A DNA stretch of 64,000 bases from Terriglobia bacterium (lineage in GTDB: Bacteria > Acidobacteriota > Terriglobia > 20CM-2-55-15): the NCBI GenBank assembly GCA_965198225.1, contig CBDAOY010000008.1, positions 1,024,001-1,088,000 on the forward strand, given 5' to 3'. The translations under genes and the position numbers were made by a program. Shown piece after piece: positions 19,189 to 28,364 of this stretch (positions are counted from its first letter, which is position 1; each line of letters starts with the position of its first letter). The notes below the pieces were generated by a model. That model had not been told where the DNA came from. It saw only the letters and a list, made by a program, of their open reading frames with translations, and ran no database searches.

Positions 19189-20061
19189 TTACGCCCTGGG
19201 ATGGTGTGCCTTGTAAATCTGCTTCAACCGCTCCCGGATCACGTGCGTGTATATCTGCGTCGTCGATATGTCGGAATGGCCGAGCATCATCTGGACCGAT
19301 CTCAAGTCAGCGCCACGCTCCAGCAGGTGCGTTGCGAACGAATGCCGCAACATGTGCGGCGATATTTTCTTGCCGATCTTCGCCCGCTCACCGTAAGTCT
19401 TCAGGATCAACCAGAAGCCGCCCCGGGTCAGTTTCCCGCCCCTGTAGTTCAGGAACAGATACTGGCTAGTCTGTTTCTTCCGGCCCTTGTCGAGGTATTC
19501 CCGGACCGCCCGGACGGCCGAAGCGCCCAGCGGTACGATACGTTCCTTACTCCCTTTCCCCATGCATCGTACGAATCCGCTGTCCAGGTCGAGAGCGTCG
19601 ACTCTCAGCCCAACAAGCTCCGAAACACGGAGACCGGTCGCATACATCACCTCGATCATCGCACGGTCGCGAAGGCCCGCCCGCTCCTCTGCCTTCGGGG
19701 CGGCCAGCAGCTGATCCACCTCTTCAAACGTCAAGAAGTGGGGCAGTGGAACCCAGGACTTCGGGATATCCACCACAGCCGTCGGATTATCCTGGCTTTC
19801 GCCTTCCAGTATCAGGAACCGGTACAAACCCCGGATGGCGGTCAACGCCCGTGCGGCCGAGCGTGCCTTCAAACCGCGACTATAAAGGAACGAAACAAAA
19901 GCGGATACATCTGCAGGCTTTGCTGAGGCCAGATCGGCTTCGTCCAGATGCTCGCAGTAGAGCAACAGATCCCGCCCGTACGAATCGAGGGTGTTCGCTG
20001 ATAGACCCTTCTCAATCCGAAGATACAGGAGAAACCGGTCTACCCATTCCTCGTTCGTCAT
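19189..20061 (-). CDS. xerD: Tyrosine recombinase XerD
   Basis: YATGLRVSEL, HMLRHSFATHLL and LGHSDISTTQIYTH motifs. Confidence 0.93.
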   Translation of the reverse strand: MTNEEWVDRFLLYLRIEKGLSANTLDSYGRDLLLYCEHLDEADLASAKPADVSAFVSFLYSRGLKARSAARALTAIRGLYRFLILEGESQDNPTAVVDIPKSWVPLPHFLTFEEVDQLLAAPKAEERAGLRDRAMIEVMYATGLRVSELVGLRVDALDLDSGFVRCMGKGSKERIVPLGASAVRAVREYLDKGRKKQTSQYLFLNYRGGKLTRGGFWLILKTYGERAKIGKKISPHMLRHSFATHLLERGADLRSVQMMLGHSDISTTQIYTHVIRERLKQIYKAHHPRA

Positions 20062-21638
20062 GAGATGGGCGTCGATCCGTCGCCCGTGCGCCTGAGGAAA
20101 ACGTCGCGAACTTCACCAAGCTCGCGGCACCTCAGCAAAAAGGCCGCCAGAAAGTATACAACGGCTGAGGTCAGGATCGTTGCTGCGAGTGCGAAGATAC
20201 GCTGTCCCAGCGCCTGGTCGTAGTAGAAACCGGGGCTGTTGATCAGGGTCGACGCAAGGAATCCGAGCGGCACCGAGGCGGCGGCAAATCGAACCAGCGA
20301 TGAGTTGATGGAGGCAAGACCGATCGTCCCGTGCCGCTGGATGAATATCACGATCAACGCAATCGCGTTGAAGAAAGCCGCGAGCGACATCGCCAGCGCC
20401 GGTCCGCCGACCTCGAGGGGACGGAAGAACGCAAAGTTGAACACGACGTTCAGCAGCATCGCCCAGCAGGCGATCCGCACCGGAGTGCGCGTATCCTCGA
20501 GAGAGTAGAACGCCGGAACGATCACCTTCACCATGGAAAGCGCCGAAAGACCGAAGGCAAAGAACAGGAGAGGCCAGCTCGTCAGCGCGGTAGACGCAGC
20601 ATCGAACTCGCCGTGTTCGAAGAGCACTTCGATTATCGGGACACGCAGCACGACAAGCCCGACCGTGGACGGCACGGTTATGAACAGAATGATCCGTGAC
20701 GCAAAGTTCAGCGTTCCCTTCATCTCTTCCATTCGAAGCTCTCCGGCCTGGCGAGAGAGTAGAGGTAACACGACGGTCGCGATCGCGACCGCATAGCCGC
20801 CGAGGACCAACTCCATGACCCGGTCGGAGAGGTACAGCGCCATCTGCGGACCATCGCCGAGGAAAGAAGCAAAAGTCCGGCCCACGACGAAGTTGAGTTG
20901 GGCGACGCCGACCCCCAGGACCACGGGAACCATCAGCCGTCCAGCCCTGCGGACGGCTGCGTCAGCGAGGTTCAATTGAGGTCGAAACCTCCAGCCAGTC
21001 CCTATGAGCTGCGGCACCTGGACTGCGACTTGCGCGACGCCACCAATGACCACTCCAACCGCCAACGCCGTCTCGGGGCTCGGGAACAGTCCGGTCAGGA
21101 AGGAAAGCGTGATCACGCTGAGGTTCAAGAGCACTGGAGCAAATGCTGGAGCCGCAAACTTGTGGAAGCTGTTCAAGATCCCCATCGCCATCGCCGACAG
21201 GCTGATGAAGAAGATATAGGGGAACATGATCCGGTTCAGGAGTGCGGTCAACTCCAGCTTGCCCGGGGTTTCGGTGAAACCGTACGCAATGGCGCGGACG
21301 AGCAGAGGTGAAAAGAGGATTCCCAGAACGGTCACTGCAGTCATCGCCAGCGAGACCAGTGTGATCAGGGTGTTGGCAAACCGCCACGCGTCTTCGCGGT
21401 CTTCAAGGGCAACGTACTTTGAGAAAATGGGAATGAATGCGGCGCTCACGGCGCCTTCACCCACGAGACGGCGGAGGAGATTGGGGATCATGTAGGCAAC
21501 GGTGTAGGCGTCGCCCGCAGCGCCGGCGCCCAGAAGCGACGCGATTCGAAGGTCGCGGATGTAACCGAAAATCCGGCTGAGGAGGGTGATCGCGGTGACG
21601 AGGGAGGCTGACCGGAGCAGCGTACGGTGTTCGCTCAT
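20058..21638 (-). CDS. murJ: Lipid II flippase MurJ
   Basis: SRIFGYIRD, PNLLRRLVGEGAVSAAFIP and FYSLEDTRTP motifs. Confidence 0.95.
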   Translation of the reverse strand: MSEHRTLLRSASLVTAITLLSRIFGYIRDLRIASLLGAGAAGDAYTVAYMIPNLLRRLVGEGAVSAAFIPIFSKYVALEDREDAWRFANTLITLVSLAMTAVTVLGILFSPLLVRAIAYGFTETPGKLELTALLNRIMFPYIFFISLSAMAMGILNSFHKFAAPAFAPVLLNLSVITLSFLTGLFPSPETALAVGVVIGGVAQVAVQVPQLIGTGWRFRPQLNLADAAVRRAGRLMVPVVLGVGVAQLNFVVGRTFASFLGDGPQMALYLSDRVMELVLGGYAVAIATVVLPLLSRQAGELRMEEMKGTLNFASRIILFITVPSTVGLVVLRVPIIEVLFEHGEFDAASTALTSWPLLFFAFGLSALSMVKVIVPAFYSLEDTRTPVRIACWAMLLNVVFNFAFFRPLEVGGPALAMSLAAFFNAIALIVIFIQRHGTIGLASINSSLVRFAAASVPLGFLASTLINSPGFYYDQALGQRIFALAATILTSAVVYFLAAFLLRCRELGEVRDVFLRRTGDGSTPIS

Positions 21639-21716
21639 TCCTTCCAGGGAGCTATACTAACATAGGCCTCTAAAACAAAGGCCTTCATGGATTTAAGCGA
21701 AGAGGAGAGCGGACCA

Positions 21717-22730
21717 TTGAAGCTTCGTTTAATTGCCCAAAAGCTCGGGTGCACACTGCACGGCGACGCTGAGAGGGAAATCACGGGCGTTTCGGGCATC
21801 GAGGAAGCTGGCCCGGAACAAATCACGTTTGTCTCGAATCGCCGTTACGCGGCGAGCGCGAGGACGACGAAGGCCGGCGCGGTCCTCGTTACCGAAGACT
21901 TCCCCGAGATACCGGCGCCCACGCTCCGCACACCCAATCCATACCTCGCCTTCGCACGTTCGATCGAGTTGTTCTACGAGGCACCGGTACCTCCCCGGGT
22001 GGTTGATTCGACAGCCCGGGTTTCGGCTTTGGCGCGAATCGGTACCGGCGCGTCGATAGGCGCTTACGTTGTCATCGACGACGACGTCACGATCGGAGAG
22101 AACGCGACCATCGGGGCGTTCACCCACATAGGGCAAGGCGCCCAGATCGGCGACAACTTTCGGACGTATTCCCATGTATCCGTGCGCGAGTACTGCTTGA
22201 TCGGGAACAACGTCATCCTGCAGGATGGCGCCCGCATCGGCTCCGACGGCTACGGTTATGCCAAGAAGGATGACGACAGCTACCATAAGATCGTCCAGTC
22301 CGGAATCGTGGTCCTCGAAGACGACGTCGAGGTGGGCGCCAACACCACGATCGATCGGGCGACGATCGGCGAAACGCGGATTCGGAGCGGCGCCAAGATC
22401 GACAACCTCGTACAAATCGGCCACTCCTCCGTCGTGGGTGAAAACACTCTCCTCTGCGCGCAAGTTGGTCTCGGAGGCAGTTCCAGAATCGGACGTAACG
22501 TCGTCCTCACCGGACAGGTCGGAGTCGCAGGACACCTCGAGATCGGAGACGGTGTGATCGCCACCGCCCAGACTGGAATCCCCAACTCGGTGGAAGCCGG
22601 CAAGATGATTTCCGGCTATCCCGCCATCGACAACCGGCTCTGGCTCAAATGCTCGGCAGTGTTCAAGCGACTCCCCGAGCTGCTGAAACGGGTCGATCGG
22701 TTGGAGAAGGGGAGGGGAAGTAGTCAGTAA
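21717..22730 (+). CDS. lpxD: UDP-3-O-acylglucosamine N-acyltransferase
   Basis: Hexapeptide repeats, GSDGYGY, EVGANTTIDRA and KIDNLVQIGH. TTG start after AAGGAG. Confidence 0.95.
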   Translation: MKLRLIAQKLGCTLHGDAEREITGVSGIEEAGPEQITFVSNRRYAASARTTKAGAVLVTEDFPEIPAPTLRTPNPYLAFARSIELFYEAPVPPRVVDSTARVSALARIGTGASIGAYVVIDDDVTIGENATIGAFTHIGQGAQIGDNFRTYSHVSVREYCLIGNNVILQDGARIGSDGYGYAKKDDDSYHKIVQSGIVVLEDDVEVGANTTIDRATIGETRIRSGAKIDNLVQIGHSSVVGENTLLCAQVGLGGSSRIGRNVVLTGQVGVAGHLEIGDGVIATAQTGIPNSVEAGKMISGYPAIDNRLWLKCSAVFKRLPELLKRVDRLEKGRGSSQ

Positions 22731-22924
22731 TCAGTAGTCGGTTGTCAGTTGGCGGCTTCGCGGCGGGACAATGCCGCTAGACGTTACGGGTCTGACTGAC
22801 CCTGTTGTGAAGACTCGACCCCTGATCCTCTACTCTCCTACCTCCCGCCGGTTTCCGCGATGGGACATGCTTCGGCGGGCTTTGCCCCGAGGATGCCGAG
22901 CCGTCTGCGCAAGGGGAGCTAGAC

Positions 22925-23221
22925 TCAGACAGTCTCCACTTGCAATCCGCCCATGACCGTACAGGCCAGATTGAAAAGCGCACCGGCGATCAAACCTGTC
23001 AGAAAACCCATGAAGCTGTAGAAAATGGGCAACACGATGACCGAACCCACGCCGAAGAAAAGGGCGAGTAAGGCACCGGTAGCCCCTTCGGCTCCTCCGG
23101 TCAACGCGAACCCGAACACCGACAGCAGCGCAAAGACCGAGCCCCCGATGAGCCCGAAGGCTGCGTAGATAACAGTGAGAATCTTCCCCAACGACAGAAC
23201 GTCGATTTTGGTAATAGTCAA
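22925..23221 (-). CDS. Small membrane protein (DUF3566-like)
   Basis: ITKIDVLSLGK, hydrophobic helices, FNL..GGLQVE C-terminus. GGAGG RBS then TTG start. Confidence 0.65.
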   Translation of the reverse strand: MTITKIDVLSLGKILTVIYAAFGLIGGSVFALLSVFGFALTGGAEGATGALLALFFGVGSVIVLPIFYSFMGFLTGLIAGALFNLACTVMGGLQVETV

Positions 23222-23310
23222 GACAGCACCTCCTTGAAAGATCAGCCTCCTGACCTCGTCGAGACTGCGCCGAGGCACAGACGCTTGTTCACACGTGCGG
23301 AGAGAAGACC

Positions 23311-23376
23311 AACCACGGAGGCACGGAGGCGCCGAGCACTTATGTCTTCTCGCCGAGCCTCCGAGCCTCCGTGGTT
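23311..23376. repeat. Intergenic palindromic repeat (ACCACGG family; relatives at 41373-41458 and 46065-46158)
   Basis: AACCACGGAGGCACGGAGGC ... GCCTCCGAGCCTCCGTGGTT inverted repeat. Confidence 0.7.
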
Positions 23377-23500
23377 GCTTCTTTCTTCTAACCTTATCGG
23401 TATGGATCGCACGTTATCGTTTCCTGGAAGACGTTGTAAAGGAAGACCATGCATGCAGAATCGGACGGGAGAGTGGCGCCGGCGGACGCGTCGACATAGA

Positions 23501-24736
23501 ATGACGACACCGATGACCCGGCGAATCATCCTCCCCATGCTGTTGGTCCTGACCGGCATTTCGGTGCAAGCCGACGACTGGCCCCAGTTCCGTGGTCCGA
23601 CCGGACAGGGGCACTCCTCCGAAGGCCAGTTGCCGTTGGAGTGGGATGAGGAACGGAACGTGGTCTGGAGAATCCCTGTTTCGGGACAGGGCTGGTCTTC
23701 TCCGGTCGTTTCCGAAGGGCGCATCTGGTTGACGACCGCGATCGTCGATCAAGACGCAGCTTCGCTTCGAGCAATCGCTTTCGATTTCGAGACGGGACGC
23801 GAAGTCGTCAACTCCGAGATCTTCCAAATGGACGATGCGCGGCTGCTGAATCTGAAGAACACCCACGCCTCCCCCACGCCCATCGTGGAAGGCGATCAGG
23901 TCTATGTCCACTTCGGCGCCACCGGCACGGCGGCACTCACGACCTCCGGTGAAGTCATCTGGAAGACGACCTTCCCCTACATTTCTCAGCACGGCAACGG
24001 GGGTTCACCGGTTCTGTATGAGGACCTGCTGATTATCAACTGCGACGGCTTCGACGAAGCCTTCGTCGTGGCGGTGGACAAGAGCACCGGCGAGGTCCGC
24101 TGGAAAACGGCCCGGCCCAGACCGTTCAGCCAGGCGTACTCGACTCCCCTCCTGATCCGGGTCGACGAACGGGACCAACTCGTCAGCGTGGGCGCGTTTC
24201 GCGCAATCGCCTACGAACCGATATCCGGAGATGAAATCTGGCGCGTCAACTATCCGGACGGCTTCTCCAACGTCCCGAGTCCGGTCTACGGGCACGGACT
24301 CGTCTACATAGCCACCGGGTTCCAGCAGCCGTCGCTGATGGCCGTGCGGGTGAATGGCAAGGGTGACGTGACCCAAACGCACGTCGAGTGGACCTTGCGG
24401 CGGTCTGTGTCTCTGACTCCGTCGCCACTCCTGGTCGGAGACGAACTCTATGTGGTGAGCGACATCGGCGTCGTCAGCTGCCTCGACAGCAAAACTGGAA
24501 AGCCGCACTGGCAGCAGCGCGTGCTGGGCAACTTCTCCGCATCCCCGGTCTATGCGGACGGGCGTATTCACATCCTGAGCGAAGGGGGGACAACGACCGT
24601 CATCTCCCCCGGGAAGGAGTTTCGCGCCCTCGCGGAAAACGTCATCGATGGCTGGACGCTTGCCTCGATGGCCGTTTCGGACGGATCGATCTTCATCCGC
24701 AGCCTCGACCACCTGTACCGTATCGCCGGGCAGTAG
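23501..24736 (+). CDS. PQQ-like beta-propeller repeat protein, secreted
   Basis: Signal peptide, DWPQFRGP start, repeated SSPVV/SPV..GEVRW blades. Confidence 0.9.
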   Translation: MTTPMTRRIILPMLLVLTGISVQADDWPQFRGPTGQGHSSEGQLPLEWDEERNVVWRIPVSGQGWSSPVVSEGRIWLTTAIVDQDAASLRAIAFDFETGREVVNSEIFQMDDARLLNLKNTHASPTPIVEGDQVYVHFGATGTAALTTSGEVIWKTTFPYISQHGNGGSPVLYEDLLIINCDGFDEAFVVAVDKSTGEVRWKTARPRPFSQAYSTPLLIRVDERDQLVSVGAFRAIAYEPISGDEIWRVNYPDGFSNVPSPVYGHGLVYIATGFQQPSLMAVRVNGKGDVTQTHVEWTLRRSVSLTPSPLLVGDELYVVSDIGVVSCLDSKTGKPHWQQRVLGNFSASPVYADGRIHILSEGGTTTVISPGKEFRALAENVIDGWTLASMAVSDGSIFIRSLDHLYRIAGQ

Positions 24737-24855
24737 CAGCCCAACCTTCCCCACATCCGTATGATTAGGCTTCACCAATCCCGTCCGAAGGTCGTACAAT
24801 TTGCTTCGGCTCCCGTAAGAACAGGGACAGAACGCTGTTTAAAGGCAGGTGACCC

Positions 24856-26343
24856 ATGAGACGTGCGAGCATCCTGGTCCGCTCCATCGGCATTCTGACC
24901 GGTGTCCTGATTGGCCTGAACGTGACCACCCTCCAGGCGCAGGAATGGCTCGGTGCCAGTTCCCGGCACTACCGGATTCTTGGGACGGCCGATGACGACG
25001 ACTTGGTAGAAGTCGGAGTGCGGCTTGAAGCTTTCTTCACCGCCGTCAACAGCACTCTCTTCAGGGGGCAACAGCTTCGGAGCCCGGCCCCGACGACAGT
25101 GATCGTTCTGGATGACGATGACGACGTCGAGGAACTCGGCCTGACCCCGGAAGCCGATGGCTACTTCCTCGCCGGCAGGAACGAAAACTTCATGATCCTC
25201 TCTCCTGAATCCCGCAGCCGTAGCCCCTTCGAGCCGATCATGCGCGGTTTCTTCCTAACGATTGCTGAGGAGAACCTGCCCGACATGCCGGTGTGGCTCC
25301 GTGAGGGCTTGGCCGAGTTCTACAGTACTATCGAGATGGATGACGAGCTGCTGGTGATCGGACGCCATGTCGAAGAGTACATCCGAGCGGTCCGGGACGA
25401 AGACGACCGTCTGCCGTACGCGGAAGTGTTCGAAGGAGCGCCCACGGCGAATCCTGCCGACGAGGAGCGGGACCAGATGTTCCAGGCTCAGTCATGGGCC
25501 CTGATCCACTTCTTGATGATGCGCAACAGGGGACCGGGTCTCGCAGAAACGGCAACCTTCGCCCAGTTGATCAACGCCGGGGGAGCTTTCGAGGAGTCTT
25601 TCCGCTCCGCGTTCGGCACCAGCTTCGAAGACCTTCAGGAAGAGTTTGACGATTACCTCGACGAAAGGAGTTTTCCGTTCCTGCGGATGACGATCAGCGG
25701 AATCGGCGAGGACTACATAACGATGGATGCGGATCCCTTCTCGCCGGCGCAGGGTGAGACTTATCTTGCGGATCTCATGCTCGAAGCTGGCCGAACCGCC
25801 GAAGCGGAACGTCGCCTGCAGGCTGCGATCGCCAGGGAGGGGGGGCTGTCGGCGCCTCACACGTCCCTAGGTGGACTGCGTCTCCAACAAGGGCGGCATG
25901 ACGAAGCGCTGGAGAGCCTCGAACGAGCGGTCGAAGGGTCAGGACCGACCCATCTCAGCCACTACTACTACGCACTGGCTTACAACAGGGTGAACCCCGA
26001 ACTGTCCGACGAAGGACGGGCACTTCTCCGGCAACACCTCGGTGAAGCCATCCGGCTGGGGCCAGAGTTTCCGGACGCGCACCACGAACTTGCCGTGACG
26101 TACGTCGACATGGGCGACGACCTGGATGAAGCGGCCCGGCTGCTCGACCGAGGATTGACGCTTTCGCCGGATCACCCCGCGTATCTGGTAACGCTCAGCC
26201 GTGTCTTGATCGCCCAGGGTTTTCCCGATGCAGCACGCAGCGTTCTTGAACGGGTGCTGGAATTGACCGACGACCAGGCCATTCGTGGACGTGCCGAATC
26301 GATACTGGAGTCGATCGCCGGCCAGGATGAAGGCCAGGCGTGA
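24856..26343 (+). CDS. Secreted TPR protein with degenerate peptidase-MA-like (DUF1570-like) domain
   Basis: PVWLREGLAEFY and FQAQSWALIHFL motifs, C-terminal TPR helices. Confidence 0.75.
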   Translation: MRRASILVRSIGILTGVLIGLNVTTLQAQEWLGASSRHYRILGTADDDDLVEVGVRLEAFFTAVNSTLFRGQQLRSPAPTTVIVLDDDDDVEELGLTPEADGYFLAGRNENFMILSPESRSRSPFEPIMRGFFLTIAEENLPDMPVWLREGLAEFYSTIEMDDELLVIGRHVEEYIRAVRDEDDRLPYAEVFEGAPTANPADEERDQMFQAQSWALIHFLMMRNRGPGLAETATFAQLINAGGAFEESFRSAFGTSFEDLQEEFDDYLDERSFPFLRMTISGIGEDYITMDADPFSPAQGETYLADLMLEAGRTAEAERRLQAAIAREGGLSAPHTSLGGLRLQQGRHDEALESLERAVEGSGPTHLSHYYYALAYNRVNPELSDEGRALLRQHLGEAIRLGPEFPDAHHELAVTYVDMGDDLDEAARLLDRGLTLSPDHPAYLVTLSRVLIAQGFPDAARSVLERVLELTDDQAIRGRAESILESIAGQDEGQA

Positions 26344-27779
26344 AAGGACCCTCGCTGGCGAGCGTTGCGTTTCTCGTCACGACGCTCGCCATCGACGTCG
26401 CCGCCCAGGACATCCCGTCGTCGCCTGAGCCCGGACGGACGGATGTGCTCTTCATAGCGATAGATGACCTCAATGACTGGGTAGGAGTTCTGGATGGACA
26501 TCCACAGGCCAGAACCCCGAACATCGATCGGCTCGCGGACCGGGGGATAGTCTTCACGAACGCCCACACGGTCTCGACTTCCTGCAATTCGTCACGCACC
26601 GCTCTGCTGACGGGGCTCCGACCGTCGAGCACCGGTGTCTACACCAACGGACGGGACTGGCGCAACGTCGAAAGACTTCGTAGCATACCGACCCTGCCTG
26701 GACACTTTCGCGAAGAGGGCTACCGGACGTTCGGCGCCGGCAAGATCTTCCACGCTCATACCTACTACCCGGAAGGATTCTTCGGGTTCAACGATCCCGA
26801 CGCGTGGGAGGCTTTTTATCCCTCTGTCCGTCGCCAGCTCCCCGACGAAGTCGGCCCGCCCACACGGCCTGCCAATCAGAATCCGGGCTATCTCGGCTTC
26901 GATTGGTCCGCTGTCGTCACCGACGACGCGGCGATGGGGGATGGGCAGGTCGTCTCCTGGGCGGAACGCCAACTGGCAGCTTCGAGCGGTGACCCGAGAT
27001 TTCTGGCCGTGGGTATATACCGCCCACACCTTCCCTGGTATGTGCCGCAGGCCTACCTGGACATGCATCCTCTCGAGCAGATCGAGCTGCCCACGACCGT
27101 GGAGAGCGACCTGGATGACGTGCCCGAGATAGCCTGGCCTGCCCCATTGAACTCACGGGAGACACATCGGTGGGTCGTTGAACAGGACATGTGGGAAGAG
27201 GCGGTCCAGGCTTACCTGGCCAGTATCAGTTTTGCGGACGCGATGGTTGGCCGTCTGGTCGCCGCTTTGGATCGGAGTGGGCGCGCCGAGGACACGATTG
27301 TCGTTCTCTGGTCCGATCACGGTTTCCATCTGGGCGAGAAGCAACGCTGGCGCAAGTGGACCCTGTGGGAGGAAGTAACCCACGTACCGCTGATTGTCGT
27401 GGCACCGGGCGTCACGACCCCCGGAAGCCGCACCGCCAAGCCGGTCTCTTTGCTGGACGTTTATCCCACACTGACGGAGTTGGCGGGCATCTCGATGCCG
27501 GAGCACCTGGAGGGAACCAGCCTCGTTCCGTTGATTGAGGATCCGGATGCAGAGTGGGATCATGCCGCCGTGACCACGAACGGCTACCGGAACCATTCTG
27601 TGCGGGACCTCCGTTACCGCTACATTCGTCACGCCGACGAATCGGAGGAACTCTACGACCTCGAAACCGATCCCAACGAATGGAAGAACCTGGCCGCAGA
27701 CCCCGCCTTTGGTGAGACAAAGAGCCGGCTCGCCGAATGGCTGCCCGACGTCGACGTCCTTATCCGACCCCAGCCATAG
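26340..27779 (+). CDS. Sulfatase (iduronate-2-sulfatase/choline sulfatase-like)
   Basis: FIAIDDLNDW, CNSSRTALLTG, GKIFH, RPHLPW and SDHGFHLGEK motifs. Confidence 0.92.
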   Translation: MKGPSLASVAFLVTTLAIDVAAQDIPSSPEPGRTDVLFIAIDDLNDWVGVLDGHPQARTPNIDRLADRGIVFTNAHTVSTSCNSSRTALLTGLRPSSTGVYTNGRDWRNVERLRSIPTLPGHFREEGYRTFGAGKIFHAHTYYPEGFFGFNDPDAWEAFYPSVRRQLPDEVGPPTRPANQNPGYLGFDWSAVVTDDAAMGDGQVVSWAERQLAASSGDPRFLAVGIYRPHLPWYVPQAYLDMHPLEQIELPTTVESDLDDVPEIAWPAPLNSRETHRWVVEQDMWEEAVQAYLASISFADAMVGRLVAALDRSGRAEDTIVVLWSDHGFHLGEKQRWRKWTLWEEVTHVPLIVVAPGVTTPGSRTAKPVSLLDVYPTLTELAGISMPEHLEGTSLVPLIEDPDAEWDHAAVTTNGYRNHSVRDLRYRYIRHADESEELYDLETDPNEWKNLAADPAFGETKSRLAEWLPDVDVLIRPQP

Positions 27780-28364
27780 CAGCCCTGGCCCGACGCCAAA
27801 CGGTATCGCTGTCCGTTAGATGTAGATCCGTTCAGAGTTTCTCAGGGAACGGTAGCGCTCGAAAACCTTCCGCTCGTCTTCGACTCCCAGTATCGACTTC
27901 AGGCTGCTCCCACGGAACGAGTGCGCCAGCAGCTGGAAAGCGTTGCGAAAGACGTAGAAATTGTGCACGGCGCTCGAGTATTCGTCGGATCATACACCTA
28001 ACCGCTTTCGAGACGGAACGGTGCCGTTCTTGGCTGTCCTCTAGGCGACTCGGGTGTCGAAGAAGGCTGACTGTTGACAGCACGCTTGATCCCCATTAGT
28101 GGCCTGTAACAGTGCTATCGGCACCATCGCCGATGGGTCTTGCGGGCGAGGTCGCGGAGGGAGACGGAAAGCGATGCTCTTTCATCGGTGACGGCTTCCG
28201 ACAAAGAGATCGCCCGCAACCCCCATCGGCCCGAAGGGTTCGGCGGAACGGCCCCGTCTTCGGTGTCGTAACGCCCTCGCAATGAAACAGCATTGGCTCG
28301 AGCGTCACTCCTAGAATCCGACGCCGTTCCGCCGAACGCTGGTACCGATAGCACTGTTACAGGT

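Noticed and set aside
19189-20061. Phage/island integrase
   Set aside because: XerD-type motifs, housekeeping murJ-xerD-metK operon, no att sites or phage genes.
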